From: Eledone cirrhosa
Taxonomy: Eukaryota
NCBI GenBank assembly: GCA_964016885.1
Contig: OZ024742.1
Location: forward strand, 2,914,001-2,978,000
DNA length: 64,000 bases
Direction of reading: 5' to 3'
The position numbers were made by a program, and so were the translations under genes. Below, in pieces: positions 1 through 12,274 of this stretch. The notes beneath the pieces are model-generated. The model was given only the letters and a program-made list of their open reading frames with translations, was not told where the DNA came from and searched no databases. Within the stretch, counting starts at the first letter, position 1, and the number at the start of each line of letters is the position of its first letter.

Positions 1-122
1 ATGGTGGGGGAGGAGTATAAGAAGGAAGGATGAGAGAGGAGGAGAGATGGGTGATCTTATATTGTTTTTACTCCTGTCTTACAAATAGTAGAGTGCTACT
101 TATCCGATATTTGCATTGCTTT

Positions 123-149
123 ATTGTGCTACAATAAAACTCACCTCCT

Positions 150-152
<3 letters not shown>
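123..152. repeat. Short dispersed repeat end (ATTGTGCTACAATAAAACTCACCTCCTACA) abutting (TA)n; probable terminus of an element running off the window start
   Basis: Same sequence recurs at ~39417-39447 and inverted at ~39288-39318, each next to (TA)n. Confidence 0.55.
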
Positions 153-195
<43 letters not shown>

Positions 196-286
196 CGAAG
201 GAAATGTGGTAAGGAACCAGGTGGACCATAACGCACCAAAATACTCAATACTTAGGGTAGTAGAGTGGGTAATAGGAACGAGTAGG

Positions 287-382
287 ACCTCGACGGCTAA
301 GCTCAAGCCGTTTCGACGGCTAATTCTGGACTAAATGAACATTTTTATCCTGGTATGTGAATAGCCCAGCTTCTCAGGGGGT
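287..382 (-). ncRNA. Type I hammerhead motif, variant core CUGAGAA
   Basis: Reverse-complement copy of 3100-3195 with one stem I mismatch. Confidence 0.6.
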
Positions 383-1525
383 AATTCCATATATGGTAAC
401 AGTGATTGTCACAAGGATTGGTCAAAAGTTTGTTGTTGAGACATAATAATTCTATCATGGCAATTTGTGGAGGGAAGGGATAGCTGAACCTGCCAGTAGA
501 AGAAAGAGGGAGAGGGGGTAGAGGAAACCCAGTCGTGCGTTGATAGTGCCAACTACCGCTGGGCAGGAGGTCAAAGAAGATACTAGGGAGGGGGAGGAAG
601 TCGAAACAATAAGTAAAACAATATGGGGTAGATATATAGAAAAATATCGAGAGTGTTAAAAAACAATTAAATGTAAAAAAAAAAAAAACAATTTCTGGTT
701 ACTATAACCTAAGGACAGCTATCAAGTCTCTCACTGGTACTGCTAGACTAAAGAAGGATTTACTAGGTGGGACGGAATTATAATGAGACCCTTTTAAGAG
801 GTATAAGTAAACAACCGAATATATCTTACGGTGGCGGGTCAACAAGTGGGGGGCCAAACTACTAAAGAAACTACCACGAAATAATAAATCAGCGTCCCGA
901 GACCAGTACGAAATAAAGGTTTCTACCCCAGGCACAAGGCCAGCAACCACCCAGTGCAAAAAAAAAAAACTAATACGAAATAATAATTCAGAATCCCGAA
1001 AAAGAATACTAATTTTTTCTCTAAGGGTGCCGCCACGATACAAAAATTCTAGTGCAATCTACATAAATGCTCGTACGAAGTATATGTTAAATTTGATACG
1101 GAAAATTAATTCAGAATCCACCCCCCCAAAAAAAAAATAAATACTGATATACGAGAAATTAAAGCAAAGATACCACTAAGAAATATAGAAAGTCGGAAAA
1201 GGGGCAGCCATCGGATAAGAAGGCAAGTATCCGGAGTCTAACACATCTGTTATAAAAATCGGAGTCGGCCAAATCAATCATAGAATAGGGGAAGGGGGTG
1301 GGGGTACTGAGGCTACAAAGGACCGAGGGGCTGCCTCGGGTGGGCGAGAAAGTAAAAGGACGACGACAAAGAAAGAGGACTGGGGTGGAAGGACTAGGGA
1401 GGGATGAGGGGAAGAAGGAAATATAGAGGAAGCGATAAAAAGATATAAAAGAAGATCTTACGTCTACCTTTGCAAGCAGGGGTTACTCATTACAAAATCG
1501 GCAAGTGGGGTGTTATAGCCCTAGT

Positions 1526-2245
1526 CTACCCTCCCCCCGGGTCATTATGGGGTTTGAGGGCGAGGTAACTCCTACGCAATCTGTGTTTACATGCAGTTAC
1601 CAGTTCATCTTTCTTGTTTAGGAGTTGGTCCGTCGAAAACAGCATTTGTAAACTTTCCTCAGAGCATAAATTGCACGGACGGCGTCCTCCCGTGTAAGAG
1701 TTGGCTCTGGACAGTAAGCTCCAAGTGAGATCATAGGTAATATTGTTATCCTTGAGGTTCCATATGTGGCCCGAAAGTGTAGTGGCGTGAAGCCGGGCCG
1801 GGTTTCGGAAGGTATGTCTGTGTTGGTATAGCCGGGTCTTGAAGTCACATGCGGTTAATCCTATATAAGCTTTGTTGGAGGTGCCCGTCCTCACGTTGCA
1901 CTGGTAGATCACATTACGATCTCTGCATCTGTTGTAGTGGGGGCAAGTGGATCCATCAGGACAGTTGCACCTCCTGGTCGGCTCTCCACTGCTATTTAGA
2001 TTATTTCTTCCATAGGGGTTGAGTTTTTTGTTGTTAGAGGAGACGATGTTTTGTGCAAGGTTTGGTGTGGTGCTGTAGGAGAGTTTGATGGTATTTTTGT
2101 TAATTATGTTGTGGTAGCGGTGTTGTAGTGGGATGTGTTTTTCAATGAGCCTAAAGAAGATTTTCCCGATAGGAGTTGTCACCTCGGCGTTGTGGGGAGG
2201 ATTGAACCATGTTACGTTGCGTGAGCGGTGTGTTGGATATTTGCC
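1526..2245 (-). pseudogene. C-terminal part of PLE ORF: linker + GIY-YIG endonuclease
   Basis: VTWFNPP, IKLSYS, CNCPDGSTCP (CxCx5CP), VIY...YIG, FKTRLYQH, CNLC, LNKK...CKHR. The first ~48 aa of the track ORF (2246-2392) come from the inverted arm and are not genuine. Confidence 0.9.
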
Positions 2246-3099
2246 CCGGATACTTGCCTTCTTATCCGATGGCTGCCCCTTTTCCGTGCTTTCTATATTT
2301 CTTAGTATTATCTTTGCTTTAATTTCTCGTATACCAGTATTTATTTTTTTTTGGGGGGGGGGGGGGAATTCAGAATTAATTTTCCGTATCAAATTTTACA
2401 TATACTTCGTACGAGTATTTATGTAGTTTGCACTAGAATTTTTGTATCGTGGCGGCACCCTTAGAGAAAAAATTAGTATTCTTTTTCGGGATTCTGAATT
2501 ATTATTTCGTATTAGTTTTTTTTTTTGCACTGGGTGGTTGCTGGCCTTCTGCCTGGGGTAGAACCCTTTATTTCGTACTGGTCTCGGGACGCTGATTTAT
2601 TATTTCGTGGTAGTTTCTTTAGTATTTTGGCCCCCCAGTGTTGACCCGTCACCGTAAGATATATTCGGTTGTTTACTTATACCTCTTAAAAGGGTCTCAT
2701 TATAATTCCGTCTCACCTAGTAAACCCTTCTTTAGTCTAGTAGTACCAGTGAGAGACTTGATAGCTGTCCTTAGGTTATAGTAACCAGAAATTGTTTTTT
2801 TTTACATTTACTTGTTTTTTAACACTCGATATTTTTCTATATATTTACCCCATATTGTTTTACTTATTGTTTCGACTTCCTCCCCCTCCGCCTCCCTAGT
2901 ATCTTCTTTGACCTCCTGCCCAGCGGTAGTTGGCACTATCAACACACGACTGGGTTTCCTCTACCCCCTCTCCCTCTTTCTTCTACTGGCAGGTTCAGCT
3001 ACCCCTTCCCTCCACAAATTGCCATGATAGAATTATTATGTCTCAACAACAAACTTTTGACCAATCCTTGTGACAATCATTTTTACCAAATATGGAATT

Positions 3100-3195
3100 A
3101 CCCCCTGAGAAGCTCGGCTATTCACATACCAGAATAAAAATGTTCATTTAGTCCAGAATTAGCCGTCGAAACGGCTTGAGCTCAGCCGTCGGGGT
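3100..3195 (+). ncRNA. Type I hammerhead motif, variant core CUGAGAA
   Basis: ACCCC-CTGAGAA-G..CGGCTA..TAGCCG.C-GAAA-CGGCT(TGAGCTC)AGCCG-TC-GGGGT; GUC triplet; position 8 is A instead of G. Confidence 0.65.
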
Positions 3196-3248
3196 CCTAC
3201 TCGTTCCTATATATATATATATAGGAACGTTTCGACGGCTAATTCTGG

Positions 3249-3341
3249 AGACATGTTTTATGATATATAGCTCTGATTATTTAATTTATTAAATTTTCAT
3301 TGAGCCACAAAGTGACCCATTGCAAAACACGTATATGTATG

Positions 3342-3416
<75 letters not shown>

Positions 3417-3962
3417 TTTTTCATATGTAATAATCTCCCATTAGGTTGAGATACAAATTTGGCTGTATTGTGCTGTGCTTTCTAGCAAAAAAGCCACCAG
3501 CCGTAAGCAACAACCACACCACTTCCAACCTGACCGCTACTACGTCACGATTCTTAGCCATTTTGAATGAATTCTTGGCGCGATCACTTTGGAAAATTTA
3601 GTGTCTAGATCAGAGCAAATCTCCTGATGAATCCGATGCTCGAGTTACATAATTATTACATAATTATTGGAAATCTCAAAATGCGGACGAAACCATGGTA
3701 GAGGTATTTAAATTTATTCTATTTTCTCCTAGTTTATTTTTCACCTAATTCTGTTTAATTGACAGTATCTGGGCGATTACGCTGTCGAAATATTCAATAA
3801 ATATTCCGTTGCGGCCGACGCGAAGGGCTAGTTTCGGTTATTTGTTGGAGATTTCTCCATAGAAGCCTCATTCTTATAGTCTGGTCTATTCGATTTTTCA
3901 TATAGTTAATTGGGAGAGGAAATGGTATATATTTTATCTTGTGATTCTATAGACATGTTTTA

Positions 3963-3970
<8 letters not shown>
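3249..3970 (+). mobile_element. ORF-less PLE-type insertion (family B) with HHR
   Basis: AGACATGTTTTATGATATATA at 3249 and 3951; HHR at 3617-3709; tail 3271-3332 resembles 62213-62280; internal and right-flank (TA)n. Confidence 0.65.
3617..3709 (+). ncRNA. Type I hammerhead motif
   Basis: CTC-CTGATGA(3624)-ATCCG...CGGAC-GAAA(3689)-CCATGG-TA-GAG; palindromic stem III, GUA triplet. Confidence 0.8.
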
Positions 3971-4007
<37 letters not shown>

Positions 4008-4039
4008 GTATGTATATATATATATAATGTGATAATGTG

Positions 4040-4090
<51 letters not shown>

Positions 4091-5066
4091 TTCTTTGTAG
4101 ATAATTAGAAACAGGGACAGATGTACAGATGACGATCTGTCTAGATACAACCACTGTGGTAATGTGTGTCATTGTGTATTCATGTTTATATGTGAGTGTT
4201 TGTGCTTGTGTCTATTATGTGTGTATGTACTTATTTCATTACCATGTCTGCATTGTAAAATGTTTTCAATGACAATCACTTTAATTACCTGCCACAGACG
4301 TTTAATTAAGCCATTTGTCTGTCATAAAGATTTCTTCATGTGATAATATTTTCTTTATATCTATAGTTGTGTTGTATAATGAACGATAATTTTCATACGA
4401 ATTGTAAAGTTTTGCACAAAAGGATTCTCTTGAAGAAGAATTGTTGACAAAATTCACACAAGACAAAATTATATTTATTGCATATCATAAAATTGAAGAT
4501 AATTTATTTAATGTAAAGTTCATTAAAAGTATCATTGAGTATAATTATGTAGTGGAGAAAAAACAACAACAATGTGATCTAATTTATTAACACTACTACA
4601 ATCATATCTCTACTTCTCACGTAGTGTATTCTGTGTTCCGCTGTAAATGACTTTAAATATGAAATGAAATCGAAGACACACTTGAAATCTAATAAAACTA
4701 ATTCGAGCTTTTCATCTTGAACAATCTCAACTATAAAGATATAATTCAAATATTTAGCATAATCAGATAAGTTTCAGCCATACTAGATTAATCATATTAA
4801 CTGTGGAACGAAGTTGAACAAAGAATGTTATTCAATATAATGAAATAATTTCCAGGTTTACGCATTGAACAACTCAAGCTATTGAAGTAGCTGTATTACA
4901 TAACATACACAGAATACTGTAGACCCGGGATAAAGTCTGCAATATAAAAGGTCCCACGGCATAGAGAGTTACTTGTATACACCTGCAAACACCTTGAATG
5001 CCTATATAGTGAAATTATCTTCATATTTAAACGTTTCTCTATCATTTTTGCCCGCTGAGTAGACTG

Positions 5067-5168
5067 CAGCAACGTGCAACAAAGTATCTTGCTCAAGAAA
5101 ATGATTCATTGGACCGGGAATCCATCTCAGAATCGTTAATCGAACACCCTAACCACTAAGTCACGTGG
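5067..5168 (-). mobile_element. Degenerate tRNA-derived SINE, same type as 57030
   Basis: Reverse complement reads GTGACTTAGTGGTTAG (A-box-like)...TTCTTGAGCAAGATACTTTGTTGCACGTTGCT, matching 57119-57148. Confidence 0.6.
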
Positions 5169-5284
5169 TGCCATCATTTCTAGATATGTACACAAAAATG
5201 TAATATTTACGACTGGATCGTCTTCATCACAAGTCGTCTGGATGAGGGTTAATTTGCTACCTCTGCCTGACCAGAACTGTAACA

Positions 5285-5495
5285 TCAACTACAATATCAA
5301 CAACAATAACAACAATAACAAAAGATAAAGAATGAGAACAACAACAACGTCGCTAACAGAACAACAACAACGACACCAACAGTGAATGATAACAACAAAA
5401 GTAAGGACAGTAATCACAACAAAAGTAAGAACAGTGACAACAATAACAGCAACAAAAGTAATAACAGTAATTACAACAACAACAACATTAACAGC
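5285..5495 (+). repeat. Degenerate (AAC)n low-complexity tract
   Basis: Runs of caacaa/aacaat/aacag. Confidence 0.8.
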
Positions 5496-6484
5496 AATAT
5501 ATATTGTCCCTTTGGAAAACTGTTCGTTGTGAAATTTCACGATATTCAATCACAAGTGGCTAATTAGGCTAAAATGATCGATGGACGAGATTTAACGCTA
5601 TTTAGACGAGATTAAGCTAAACCAGTCAGTGAATAGATAAAAGTTATCCAAGTGAAAGAAGGTCGCTAATTGCTGATATATATTCATTAATAGAATAGCA
5701 ATGCCAAAGGAATCGGTGAAGCGTACAATACTTCAAAGTTTAATGTGATTCTACATAGTGGTATTTTGTATTGGTAATTTGCATAAATAGTGTATGTGCG
5801 CGCGCGCGCGCGTGTGTGGGTGTGTGGGTGGGTTGGTGGGTGTGTGTGTGTGTGTGGTCCATAATTCTTGTAGTTATTAAAAAGAAATATATTAACCTCA
5901 TGCTTGCGATCGGACACCAACATTTACAATAAAAATGTAAACTCGCACATATGTATACATACTTAAAAGAAAAGAAAAGAATTACTTCACTTGTAGTTCT
6001 AAACAATTTAATTTAATTTTATAATATTATAATTTTACAATTTCGTTTTGTAGATCTAATAAGTTCTTTGTTAACTTCGGTGAGGAGATTTTTGAAAGAT
6101 TCCTGGTTCATTTTCCTGGACAACTTTCTCACATTCATCGGTGGCGATTGTCAAACTGATCTCAGGTTGTATCGTGATGTGTGACTCTCTATATAAGAGA
6201 TTTTGGTGAGACTGGCGGATGGGGGTAGGTTGTTAATGAGTGTGGGAGGGAAGGAGTGTTGATGAAGATTTAAAGGAATTAAAGCATATACACATATACA
6301 CATACATATGTATATATATACATATATATATATATACATATATATTACAGAAAATAGTGAACGATAAGAGCAAGATAATTGATTGGGAGGGGATTTGGGA
6401 GGTGTTGGGGTGTTTAAGGAGTATTTTAGGGGTTGTAAATTTTCCCTCCTGCTGGTTCCATTTCAATAGACGACCTTTAGAGAA

Positions 6485-6674
6485 TATAATTGTTTTTACG
6501 TTTGGCACAAGGCCAGCAATTACCCCAGTGCATTACTGGTACTTAATTTTATAGACTCCGTAAGGATGAAAGGCAAAGTTAACCTCGGTAAGATTTGAAC
6601 TCAGACCAAAAAGGGACGTAACTCTATGCTGCAAAGCATTGTGCCCGACCCTCTACCGATACTGCCATCCTACC
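6485..6674 (-). mobile_element. tRNA-type SINE (second family)
   Basis: Reverse complement aligns with 6691-6880 and 53205-53427; B-box-like GAGTTCAAATC, then CCGAGGTTAACTTTGCCTTTCATCC. Confidence 0.8.
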
Positions 6675-6690
6675 ATTATATTCACCTTTC

Positions 6691-6880
6691 AGGTGAATTG
6701 GCAGTATCGGTAGAAGGTGGGACGTCATGATTTGACGCATAGAATTTCGGCCCTTGCTATTCTGAGTTCAAATCCCGCCGAGGTTAAATTTGTCTTTCAT
6801 CATTACGGGGTCGATACAATAAAGTAGCAGTAATACACTGGGTAATTGCTGGCCTTGTGCCAATAGTTGAAACAATTATA
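6691..6880 (+). mobile_element. tRNA-type SINE (second family), head-to-head with previous copy
   Basis: TGGCAGTATCGG (A-box-like), GAGTTCAAATCCC (B box), 3' end GCTGGCCTTGTGCC...AAACAATTATA. Confidence 0.8.
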
Positions 6881-6996
6881 TTCACATTTCATGAATATAA
6901 TGGCAGGATGTTTTTCAAAGTCTTTTCTTACAGAAGAATCAACTCTCTTAAATTTATAAAGAATGAATTCAACAATTTCTATATTAAAGATGAATT

Positions 6997-9900
6997 TAGG
7001 TGTGTGTCTGGGGGCGGGTTTAATGAGGTGTAAGATACATGTCATGTGTAGGTGTGTGTCTGGGGGCGGGTTTAATGAGGTGTAAAATACATGTCATTTG
7101 TAGGTGTGTGTCTGGGGGGCGGGTTTAATGAGGTGTAAAATACATGTCATTTGTAGGTGTGTGTCTGGGGGCGGGTTTAATGAGGTGTAAGATACATGTC
7201 ATTTGTAGGTGTTGTCTGGGGGGAGGGTTTAATGAGGTGTAAGATACATGTCATTTGTAGGTGTTGTCTGGGGGGCGGGTTTAATGAGGTGTAAGATACA
7301 TGTCATTTGTAGGTGTTGTCTGGGGGGCGGGTTTAATGAGGTGTAAGATACATGTCATTTGTAGGTGTTGTCTGGGGGGCGGGTTTAATGAGGTGTAAGA
7401 TACATGTCATTTGTAGGTGTTGTCTGGGGGGCGGGTTTAATGAGGTGTAAAATACATGTCATTTGTAGGTGTTGTCTGGGGGGCGGGTTTAATGAGGTGT
7501 AAGATACATGTCATTTGTAGGTGTTGTCTGGGGGGCGGGTTTAATGAGGTGTAAGATACATGTCATTTATAGGTGTTGTCTGGGGGGAGGGATTAATGAG
7601 GTGTAAGATACATGTCATTTGTAGGTGCGTGTCTGGGGGACTGGTTTAATGAGGTGTAAAATACATGTCATTTGTAGGTGTTGTCTGGGGGGCGGGTTTA
7701 GTGAGGTGTAAGATACATGTCATTTGTAGGTGTTGTCTGGGGGGCGGGTTTAATGAGGTGTAAGATACATGTCATTTGTAGGTGTTGTCTGGGGGGCGGG
7801 TTTAATGAGGTGTAAGATACATGTCATTTGTAGGTGTTGTCTGGGGGGAGGGTTTAATGAGGTGTAAGATACATGTCATTTGTAGGTGTTGTCTGGGGGG
7901 AGGGTTTAATGAGGTGTAAGATACATGTCATTTGTAGGTGTGTGTCTGGGGGCGGGTTTAATGAGGTGTAAGATACATGTCATTTGTAGGTGTTGTCTGG
8001 GGGGAGGGTTTAATGAGGTGTAAGATACATGTCATTTGTAGGTGTTGTCTGGGGGGAGGGTTTAATGAGGTGTAAGATACATGTCATTTGTAGGTGTTGT
8101 CTGGGGGGAGGGTTGAATGAGGTGTAAGATACATGTCATTTGTAGGTGTTGTCTGGGGGGCGGGTTTAATGAGGTGTAAGATACATGTCATGTGTAGGTG
8201 TGTGTCTGGGGGGAGGGTTTAATGAGGTGTAAGATACATGTCATTTGTAGGTGTGTGTCTGGGGGCGGGTTTAATGAGGTGTAAGATACATGTCATTTGT
8301 AGGTGTTGTCTGGGGGGCGGGTTTAATGAGGTGTAAGATACATGTCATTTGTAGGTGTTGTCTGGGGGGCGGGTTTAATGAGGTGTAAGATACATGTAAT
8401 TTGTAGGTGTTGTATGGGGGGAGGGTTTAATGAGGTGTAAGATACATGTCATTTGTAGGTGTTGTCTGGGGGGCGGGTTTAATGAGGTGTAAGATACATG
8501 TAATTTGTAGGTGTTGTCTGGGGGGAGGGTTTAATGAGGTGTAAGATACATGTCATTTGTAGGTGTTGTCTGGGGGGCGGGTTTAATGAGGTGTAAGATA
8601 CATGTCATTTGTAGGTGTGTGTCTGGGGGCGGGTTTAATGAGGTGTAAGATACATGTCATTTGTAGGTGATGTCTGGGGGGCGGGTTTAATGAGGTGTAA
8701 GATACATGTCATTTGTAGGTGTGTGTCTGGGGGCGGGTTTAATGAGGTGTAAGATACATGTCATGTGTAGGTGTGTGTCTGGGGGGCGGGTTTAATGAGG
8801 TGTAAGATACATGTCATTTGTAGGTGTTGTCTGGGGGCGGGTTTAATGAGGTGTAAGATACATGTCATTTGTAGGTGTGTGTCTGGGGGCGGGTTTAATG
8901 AGGTGTAAGATACATGTCATTTGTAGGTGTGTGTCTGGGGGCGGGTTTAATGAGGTGTAAGATACATGTCATGTGTAGGTGTGTGTCTGGGGGCGGGTTT
9001 AATGAGGTGTAAGATACATGTCATTTGTAGGTGTGTGTCTGGGGGCGGGTTTAATGAGGTGTAAGATACATGTCATTTGTAGGTGTTGTCTGGGGGCGGG
9101 TTTAATGAGGTGTAAGATACATGTCATTTGTAGGTGTTGTCTGGGGGGCGGGTTTAATGAGGTGTAAGATACATGTCATTTGTAGGTGTGTGTCTAGGAG
9201 GCGGGGTTAAGGAGGTGTAAGATACATGTCATTTGTAGGTGTTGTCTGGGGGGAGGGTTGAATGAGGTGTAAGATACATGTCATTTGTAGGTGTTGTCTG
9301 GGGGGAGGGTTTAATGAGGTGTAAGATACATGTCATTTGTAGGTGTGTGTCTGGGGGGAGGGTTGAATGAGGTGTAAGATACATGTCATTTGTAGGTGTT
9401 GTCTGGGGGGAGGGTTGAATGAGGTGTAAGATACATGTCATTTGTAGGTGTGTGTCTAGGAGGCGGGGTTAAGGAGGTGTAAGATACATGTCATTTGTAG
9501 GTGTGTGTCTAGGAGGCGGGTTGAAGGAGGTGTAAGATACATGTCATTTGTAGGTGTTGTCTGGGGGGAGGGTTTAATGAGGTGTAAGATACATGTCATT
9601 TGTAGGTGTTGTCTGGGGGGAGGGTTTAATGAGGTGTAAGATACATGTCATGTGTAGGTGTGTGTCTGGGGGGAGGGTTGAATGAGGTGTAAGATACATG
9701 TCATTTGTAGGTGTTGTCTGGGGGGAGGGTTGAATGAGGTGTAAGATACATGTCATTTGTAGGTGTTGTCTGGGGGGAGGGTTGAATGAGGTGTAAGATA
9801 CATGTCATTTGTAGGTGTGTGTCTGGGGGGAGGGTTGAATGAGGTGTAAGATACATGTCATTTGTAGGTGTTGTCTGGGGGGAGGGTTTAATGAGGTGTA

Positions 9901-12274
9901 AGATACATGTCATGTGTAGGTGTGTGTCTGGGGGGAGGGTTGAATGAGGTGTAAGATACATGTCATTTGTAGGTGTTGTCTGGGGGGAGGGTTGAATGAG
10001 GTGTAAGATACATGTCATTTGTAGGTGTGTGTCTGGGGGCGGGTTTAATGAGGTGTGAGATACATGTCATGTGTAGGTGTGTGTCTGGGGGGAGGGTTTA
10101 ATGAGGTGTAAGATACATGTCATTTGTAGGTGTTGTCTGGGGGGAGGGTTTAATGAGGTGTAAGATACATGTCATGTGTAGGTGTGTGTCTGGGGGGAGG
10201 GTTGAATGAGGTGTAAGATACATGTCATTTGTAGGTGTTGTCTGGGGGGAGGGTTGAATGAGGTGTAAGATACATGTCATTTGTAGGTGTTGTCTGGGGG
10301 AGGGTTTAATGAGGTGTAAGATACATGTCATTTGTAGGTGTTGTCTGGGGGGAGGGTTTAATGAGGTGTAAGATGCATGTCATGTGTAGGTGTGTGTCTG
10401 GGGGGAGGGTTGAATGAGGTGTAAGATACATGTCATTTGTAGGTGTTGTCTGGGGGGAGGGTTTAATGAGGTGTAAGATACATGTCATTTGTAGGTGTTG
10501 TCTGGGGGGAGGGTTTAATGAGGTGTAAGATACATGTCATTTGTAGGTGTTGTCTGGGGGGAGGGTTGAATGAGGTGTAAGATACATGTCATTTGTAGGT
10601 GTTGTCTGGGGGGAGGGTTTAATGAGGTGTAAGATACATGTCATTTGTAGGTGTTATCTGGGTGGAGGGTTTAATGAGGTGTAAGATATATGTCATGTGT
10701 AGGTGTGTGTCTGGGGGGAGGGTTGAATGAGGTGTAAGATACATTATCATTTGTAGGTGTTGTCTGGGGGGAGGGTTGAATGAGGTGTAAGATACATGTC
10801 ATTTGTAGGTGTTGTCTGGGGGGAGGGTTGAATGAGGTGTAAGATACATTATCATTTGTAGGTGTTGTCTGGGGGGAGGGTTGAATGAGGTGTAAGATAC
10901 ATGTCATTTGTAGGTGTTGTCTGGGGGGAGGGTTGAATGAGGTGTAAGATACATGTCATTTGTAGGTGTTGTCTGGGGGGAGGGTTGAATGAGGTGTAAG
11001 ATACATGTCATGTGTAGGTGTGTGTCTGGGGGGAGGGTTGAATGAGGTGTAAGATACATGTCATTTGTAGGTGTTGTCTGGGGGGAGGGTTGAATGAGGT
11101 GTAAGATACATTATCATTTGTAGGTGTTGTCTGGGGGGAGGGTTGAATGAGGTGTAAGATACATGTCATTTGTAGGTGTTGTCTGGGGGGAGGGTTGAAT
11201 GAGGTGTAAGATACATTATCATTTGTAGGTGTTGTCTGGGGGGAGGGTTGAATGAGGTGTAAGATACATGTCATTTGTAGGTGTTGTCTGGGGGGAGGGT
11301 TTAATGAGGTGTAAGATACATGTCATTTGTAGGTGTTGTCTGGGGGGAGGGTTTAATGAGGTGTTAGATACATGTCATGTGTAGGTGTGTGTCTGGGGGG
11401 AGGGTTGAATGAGGTGTAAGATACATGTCATTTGTAGGTGTTGTCTGGGGGGAGGGTTGAATGAGGTGTAAGATACATGTCATTTGTAGGTGTTGTCTGG
11501 GGGGAGGGTTTAATGAGGTGTAAGATACATGTCATTTGTAGGTGTTCTCTGGGGGGAGGGTTTAATGAGGTGTAAGATACATGTCATGTGTAGGTGTGTG
11601 TCTGGGGGGAGGGTTTAATGAGGTGTAAGATACATGTCATGTGTAGGTGTGTGTCTGGGGGGAGGGTTGAATGAGGTGTAAGATACATGTCATTTGTAGG
11701 TGTGTGTCTGGGGGGAGGGTTTAATGAGGTGTAAGATACATGTCATGTGTAGGTGTGTGTCTGGGGGGAGGGTTGAATGAGGTGTAAGATACATGTCATT
11801 TGTAGGTGTTGTCTGGGGGGAGGGTTGAATGAGGTGTAAGATACATGTCATTTGTAGGTGTTGTCTGGGGGGCGGGTTGAATGAGGTGTAAGATACATGT
11901 CATGTGTAGGTGTTGTCTGGGGGGAGGGTTTCAGGAGGTGTAAGATACATCTTCTGTAGGTATGTGTTTGGGGGCGGGGTTAGGGAGGTGTAAGATACAT
12001 GTCTTTTGTAGGTGTGTGTCTGGGGGCGGGGTTAATGAGGTGTAAGATACTTGTCTTTGTAGGTGTGTGTCTGGGAGGCGGGGTTAAGGATGTGTAAGAT
12101 ACATGTCTTTGTAGGTGTGTGTCTGGGGGGGTGGGCGGGGTTAAGGAGGTGTAAGATACATGTCTTTTGTAGGTGTGTGTCTGGGGGAGGGGTTTAGGAG
12201 GTGTAAGATACATGTCTTTTGTAGGTGTGTGTCTGGGGGGCGGCGATTAATGCGGTGTAAGATACTTGTCTTTG
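6997..12274 (+). repeat. 52-bp tandem minisatellite, ~100 copies
   Basis: Consensus TGTAGGTGTTGTCTGGGGGGAGGGTTTAATGAGGTGTAAGATACATGTCATT; homogeneous, degenerate in the last ~6 units. Confidence 0.98.

Larger units (their letters stand above)
195..3210 (-). mobile_element. 5'-truncated Penelope-like element (Hydra-clade-like, family A) with inverted pLTR, inserted in (TA)n
   Basis: GIY-YIG ORF remnant; 272-1234 repeated inverted at 2246-3210 (junction at CCGG); 77-nt unpaired tail 195-271; (TA)n on both sides; HHR in each arm. Confidence 0.92.

Noticed and set aside
2246-2392. N-terminus of the 288-aa ORF
   Set aside because: Lies in the inverted pLTR arm; chance in-frame fusion.
4360-4600. 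Possible host exon (open stretch AQKDSLEEELLTKF...)
   Set aside because: Short, no recognisable motif, splice sites not convincing; needs RNA-seq.
5200-5240. TGATGA-stem-GTAA hammerhead-like string (minus strand)
   Set aside because: Two core mismatches and no stem I.
6060-6200. Degenerate HHR after an RYNLR-like ORF end (minus strand)
   Set aside because: Core reads CCGATGA/GAAG and stem I does not pair; may be an old PLE relic but unsupported.
6997-12274. CRISPR-like or telomeric array
   Set aside because: No unique spacers, no cas genes, eukaryotic context; no TTAGGG tandem.
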